A DNA stretch of 60,552 bases from an uncultured virus (IMG/VR IMGVR_UViG_3300032893_000007). Its lineage: Duplodnaviria; Heunggongvirae; Uroviricota; Caudoviricetes. A model generated the notes under the pieces. That model worked only from the letters and a program-made list of their open reading frames with translations, was not told where the DNA came from and made no database searches. The position numbers and the translations under genes were made by a program. Below are positions 57,901 through 60,552 of this stretch, piece after piece (the stretch's first letter is position 1; each line of letters begins with the position of its first letter). The stretch lies in IMG/VR virus record IMGVR_UViG_3300032893_000007; one strand, given 5' to 3'.

Positions 57901-58314
57901 TGGCTGCCGGAGCTGGTTCTTGATCTCGGTCAGGAGCTCGTCGAGCACGAACTGCATGTCGGCTAGCCCGCCAGCGTGTGCGAAGAACCAGTTCCCCCGG
58001 TTCTCGCGAACCAGCATGAAGTCAACCAGCTGGCGCACGGTCGTGAAGTACTGGTACCGCTCCGCCATCTCGACCTCGTCGTCCTCCTCGGCCCCCGACG
58101 GCTGCTGGTCGTAGTACCCCGCCACCCGGAGCTCGAGTGGTCCGGTCATCCTCTTCGGCACCGGGAGCGGTATCCTCACCCTCGTCCTCACCCCCTCGAC
58201 CTTGACCTCGGTGTTAACGAGCACCGGCAGCGCCTCCCCAGGAACCCACTCAAGGTCGAGTACGCCGAACCTGCGCAGCTTCTGCTCGCTCCTGATCGGG
58301 TTGAAGACGGGCAC
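54958..58314 (-). CDS. polB: family B DNA polymerase, protein-primed-type motifs, intein-containing
   Basis: ExoI DLEW, ExoII AHAGGLAD, ExoIII YNRLD, motif A YDINSSFP, motif B KYLLNSLYGK, motif C YMD/TDS split by intein, KIY, KAKG. Confidence 0.93.
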   Translation of the reverse strand: MPVFNPIRSEQKLRRFGVLDLEWVPGEALPVLVNTEVKVEGVRTRVRIPLPVPKRMTGPLELRVAGYYDQQPSGAEEDDEVEMAERYQYFTTVRQLVDFMLVRENRGNWFFAHAGGLADMQFVLDELLTEIKNQLRQPGGGGARSSTSYAPDGQKVTEQASGVTPSGRSWKIKASFSGSSAIIVHVISGKNAWHFCDSFWLLRDKLASIGEAIGLKKGDDPKALAWMSERFGRTIRDFEELSRQEKTIFYAEVPVEILILYNRLDCEILWRAIAQFEDEIVGLGGQLQQTIASTAMTLFRRSFLQRDIFTSEALNQVAGESYFASRVEVLARHAEDFLIYDINSSFPYAMTFPLPGNLVEYRLDLPDDDRDECIYLADATVEVPEMYFPPLPYRKDSRVFFPVGRWRSWFTSTDIRLALREGARLHKVHQVYVFEPFYDFGEYAKKIYALRAEAKTDFRKLVLKYLLNSLYGKCAEGTHKQEMLINPDEIDREVMQMLQPGVWLCEKEAKIDHRHVIVAAVITAIARRTLYDYAKICFDQKRNLYYMDSITGDRTVVLKSPEGKIVIEPVEDVWRRYGEAATEWHGVKEACRLRDWLGKGWTALAQDAGGRQGWFPLKRVIRHETSKDVYLVSSKRGQVHVTEDHSIMVGGEEVKPADFAERNLQFDVVKAPVPVVRELIDLYEYVKDFEHVVETNSDHGGKIRHRFEVSADGEWLWFATFRKSSFRFRRYYRAGTEDFRRLLRVLAAFIAEGSSSYKGITNRHRSMFSLCQQERSWLEQLRIDLLAISEGLVISTPTWDSGANVYWMRSGTHSMAALFGTLGGMMGSEDRHLPSFVYDLSREDFEVFWLKLMEGDGSEGANTEYGTKSQKLAAGLSYLLDQHGLEHSVHYRPEKKSYQIRLRPDGSERNRYTTHVEVMKHDGFVYDLEVEGAHTFVDGLGRVLLHNTDSLCTTADLPRDDKRLGALKLEKKIDWAEFVAPKIYRGEGFELQRDGTWKEKRLTKAKGFSLGAGKEAWDKLDRIIAGDRVGVQRMTRMRELYRTMVGGQYTTAPFELLVIKALTFEMLSKRFHYPDGETRPWSVAELRSGDRVPGEFDFEDEIRKNFDSVTKAMLAAAV
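55474..56670 (-). mobile_element. intein with LAGLIDADG homing endonuclease (399 aa)
   Basis: Starts SITGD after YMD; block B TEDHS; AAFIAEGS and LMEGDGS; VYDLEV...LLHN followed by Thr; lower GC than flanks. Confidence 0.95.
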
Positions 58315-58770
58315 TACGCCCCTCCCCCGTCAATCTCACGACCGCACCGGCAGTGGATCACGCTCGGGAGCTCGCTTTTCCGGTACCTTCGACCACACTC
58401 GCACGCAACCAGCTTCACGACGGGTCCGTCGCCCCGCGAGTCCCCTCCACCCTTCTCTTGACCTTGCCGCACGCCAACCTCATCCGGATCCAACCGGCCA
58501 GCGTTCAGCACCCCGACTCCCCCGGCGTGGTAGAGCACGAAATTTTCAGCCGGCCACCTGCTCGCGGGAGGCTTGGTACAGACATGGTCTTCGACGATCG
58601 CCGCCAGCTCCTCCAGCGAAAGCTTGCACCCCGACATGCACGCCCTCAGGGTACCGACCGACCTCACGGCCCGGACCATCGCCCCCTCGACGGTGTCGCC
58701 GAAGACGAGCACCGTCACCGGCTTCTCGGAGATCCTCGAATCTTCGAGGAGCCAACAAAAAACCTGGACC

Positions 58771-59085
58771 CTACCCAACAAGCTCGCCTCCCCTCGCGAT
58801 CTTGCACACATGCAAGTAGTCGAAGGACACCTCGCTCCCCCGGTCGACCCCCACCGCGTCCGGATCCACGGGCGTGCTCTCCACGACCCCCTCGTACATC
58901 AGACAAGACGAGGCGTTACGCGTCCCCGTGACCCTGACCCATAGCCTCTCTCCCCCTACGAACACAAGCTGAGCATAGTCACCGGCGACGAGCATCGTCC
59001 TGGCGAGGACGGTCGGAATCTCGAAGTCGCGCATCCTCCGACTCCGCGCTTCTACGTCTACGAGCTCGTACGACCTGGAAGTCAC
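58771..59085 (-). CDS. DUF2314-like small protein
   Basis: ERLWVRV...YEG...P...G.EVSF...HV. Confidence 0.55.
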   Translation of the reverse strand: MTSRSYELVDVEARSRRMRDFEIPTVLARTMLVAGDYAQLVFVGGERLWVRVTGTRNASSCLMYEGVVESTPVDPDAVGVDRGSEVSFDYLHVCKIARGGELVG

Positions 59086-59483
59086 TCGACGAGCTCGCAA
59101 TAGAAGACCGACTTGAACAGCCTCGCGCAGGGATAATCGTTGCGAACCCGCACGACGATGCTCTGTCCGGCACCGCACACGTCGAAATTCACCGGCAACG
59201 GAAAGTCCATCTCCTCGGGCCTGACCACCCCGAGACCGTTCGGCCTCATCTTGTAGACGGTACACTCACCGGCAAACACCTCGGCCGGTACTCCTCCCCC
59301 GGCCACCGAAAACTGAGTCTTACCAGCGATCAGCACGTCCAACACCGTAAATTCCACGTCCGAAACTCCCTTCGGCACCACGAGGTACCTCGGCCTAACC
59401 GCCACGTTCACGACAACCTCCGTGCCGCCCGCTTCAGTCCCCATCACGCTTATGACAGGCATCGGAACTACCGCGTAGTTCAT
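59082..59483 (-). CDS. single beta-sandwich family domain protein
   Basis: VRPRYLVVP...FTVLDVLIAGKTQF...VPAEVF...VRVRN...F. Confidence 0.7.
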   Translation of the reverse strand: MNYAVVPMPVISVMGTEAGGTEVVVNVAVRPRYLVVPKGVSDVEFTVLDVLIAGKTQFSVAGGGVPAEVFAGECTVYKMRPNGLGVVRPEEMDFPLPVNFDVCGAGQSIVVRVRNDYPCARLFKSVFYCELVE

Positions 59484-59761
59484 CTCTCACTCCTATCTTC
59501 GCAGTCCACTTTGCCTAGTATCTCTCCTCCCCGCCGCGTCCACTCGCACGCCCTCGCCGAGAACATCGCGGGCATCCAACCCATGATGAGCCGCAGCCTC
59601 CCTCCGCTCAGGGCTGTCAGCACGACTCCCGTCAAAAAGTAACCCGCCAGCCACTCTACCAGGCATCCCCAAAAACCCCAGCCGTCGATCGCGTACGACG
59701 TGGTGAACACGCCTCCCAAAACAAACCAGGCAACGACGAATATGATGTTTCCCCTAAGCAT
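59480..59761 (-). CDS. small membrane protein
   Basis: Two hydrophobic helices after MLRGN. Confidence 0.6.
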   Translation of the reverse strand: MLRGNIIFVVAWFVLGGVFTTSYAIDGWGFWGCLVEWLAGYFLTGVVLTALSGGRLRLIMGWMPAMFSARACEWTRRGGEILGKVDCEDRSER

Positions 59762-60552
59762 CACTTTTCTCCTCGGTAGTGTCCCGGACTGACTCCGTCC
59801 GGCGTCCATATGAACCTGACCAGGATCACCGTCGGCGGCATCCCTCGCTTCTCCATGAGCGACCGAATCATCGCCCGCAGGCCGACATTGTCGGCGGTGA
59901 GCGCGATCTGTATCGCGCCCGTACCCCAAGCCGGCGTGGGATACGTGCCAATCTGGAAAAGACCCCGGTGCCTCTTGTAGAGCTTGTAGAGCTCTCCGAT
60001 CTCAGCCTCGTTCTGCGGCCCGAACCTGATGCCGAACGAGCACCAGAACGCCCCTCCCATCTCCGGCTTCGCGTCGAACGGCCTGAACGTCCGAAACGCC
60101 GACGACAGAGTCGCGATGAGGTACCCGAACCCCTGCTCCGTCCTCCACTCCTCAGGCAAATTCCGGATCGTGAGCTCACCGTCCACCGTACCATCTCGAT
60201 TCGGGAAGGTCTGAATCGCCATGTCGAGCCCGTCCTGCAGGAGCGCCACCGCGTCCTGCAGAGCCATGAGCCTCCCCTGCATCTCAGCCTCAGCCTCGAG
60301 TGACCGCTTCGCGACGAGCGGACGCTCGGGCCTGCGCGGACGTCGAGGCTTCTCCTTGACGGGAGGCTTCGGGCGCCTCGGAGGCTTCGGTGGTTTCCTC
60401 CGTTCCGGCTTGACGACGGGCTTCTCCGGCCGCGCCGACCTCCTCGCCTCGGGCTTCGCCGCAGGCTTCTTGCCCACCGGCCGCGCCGGCCTCCCCGCCG
60501 CGGGTCTCGCCACAGGCTTCTTGCCGGCAGGCCGCGCGGGCCTCTCAGCCGC
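59761..60552 (-). CDS. protein with Lys/Arg/Pro-rich repetitive N-terminus (5' end outside window)
   Basis: Frame is open to the window edge; RPARP(A/V)GKKP repeats followed by a globular domain. Confidence 0.7.
   Translation of the reverse strand, partial: AAERPARPAGKKPVARPAAGRPARPVGKKPAAKPEARRSARPEKPVVKPERRKPPKPPRRPKPPVKEKPRRPRRPERPLVAKRSLEAEAEMQGRLMALQDAVALLQDGLDMAIQTFPNRDGTVDGELTIRNLPEEWRTEQGFGYLIATLSSAFRTFRPFDAKPEMGGAFWCSFGIRFGPQNEAEIGELYKLYKRHRGLFQIGTYPTPAWGTGAIQIALTADNVGLRAMIRSLMEKRGMPPTVILVRFIWTPDGVSPGHYRGEK

Noticed and set aside
1..60552. Long plus-strand ORFs (e.g. 31361-33226, 34878-36464, 56695-57966)
   Set aside because: They lie antisense to motif-bearing minus-strand genes, have no recognisable motifs, and are expected shadows in GC-rich DNA.
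1..60552. tRNA, rRNA, terminase, portal, HK97 capsid, tail, integrase, primase or reverse transcriptase genes
   Set aside because: No cloverleaf or diagnostic motifs were recognised by eye; absence should be confirmed with tRNAscan-SE and HMM searches.

Overview
This GC-rich 60.5 kb window reads as an internal segment of a large virus or virus-like replicon. About 100 short genes are tightly packed, many coupled by ATGA/GTGA overlaps, and almost all lie on the minus strand; most plus-strand ORFs in the track look like antisense shadows. Recognisable genes include a family B DNA polymerase with protein-primed-type motifs interrupted by a 399-aa LAGLIDADG intein, a Dam-type methylase, dTMP kinase, a stand-alone 3'-5' exonuclease, a Nudix hydrolase, a HerA/DUF87-like ATPase, a MoxR-type AAA ATPase with a VWA/metallopeptidase partner, two GT2 glycosyltransferases, three nucleotidyltransferases, a metallophosphoesterase and an SLT-like protein. 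Host-like regulators include two PhaR DNA-binding domains, a Fis-type HTH and an RRM. These and a 'DAG'-rich Cys-tailed lipoprotein suggest a Myxococcota-like host (inference). Non-coding structure includes a family of sigma70-like promoters sharing TTGACAC(T/C)T(G/T)GTT. There is also a 340-bp transposase-less gene cassette bounded by 20-bp inverted repeats with an exact 8-bp target duplication, and a second copy of the same end on an unrelated gene 34 kb away. A dispersed family of beta-sandwich (possibly jelly-roll) domains occurs five times in four genes. No tRNA, rRNA, CRISPR array, terminase, portal, HK97 capsid, primase or replicative helicase was recognised. All product calls come from reading motifs by eye, not from database searches.
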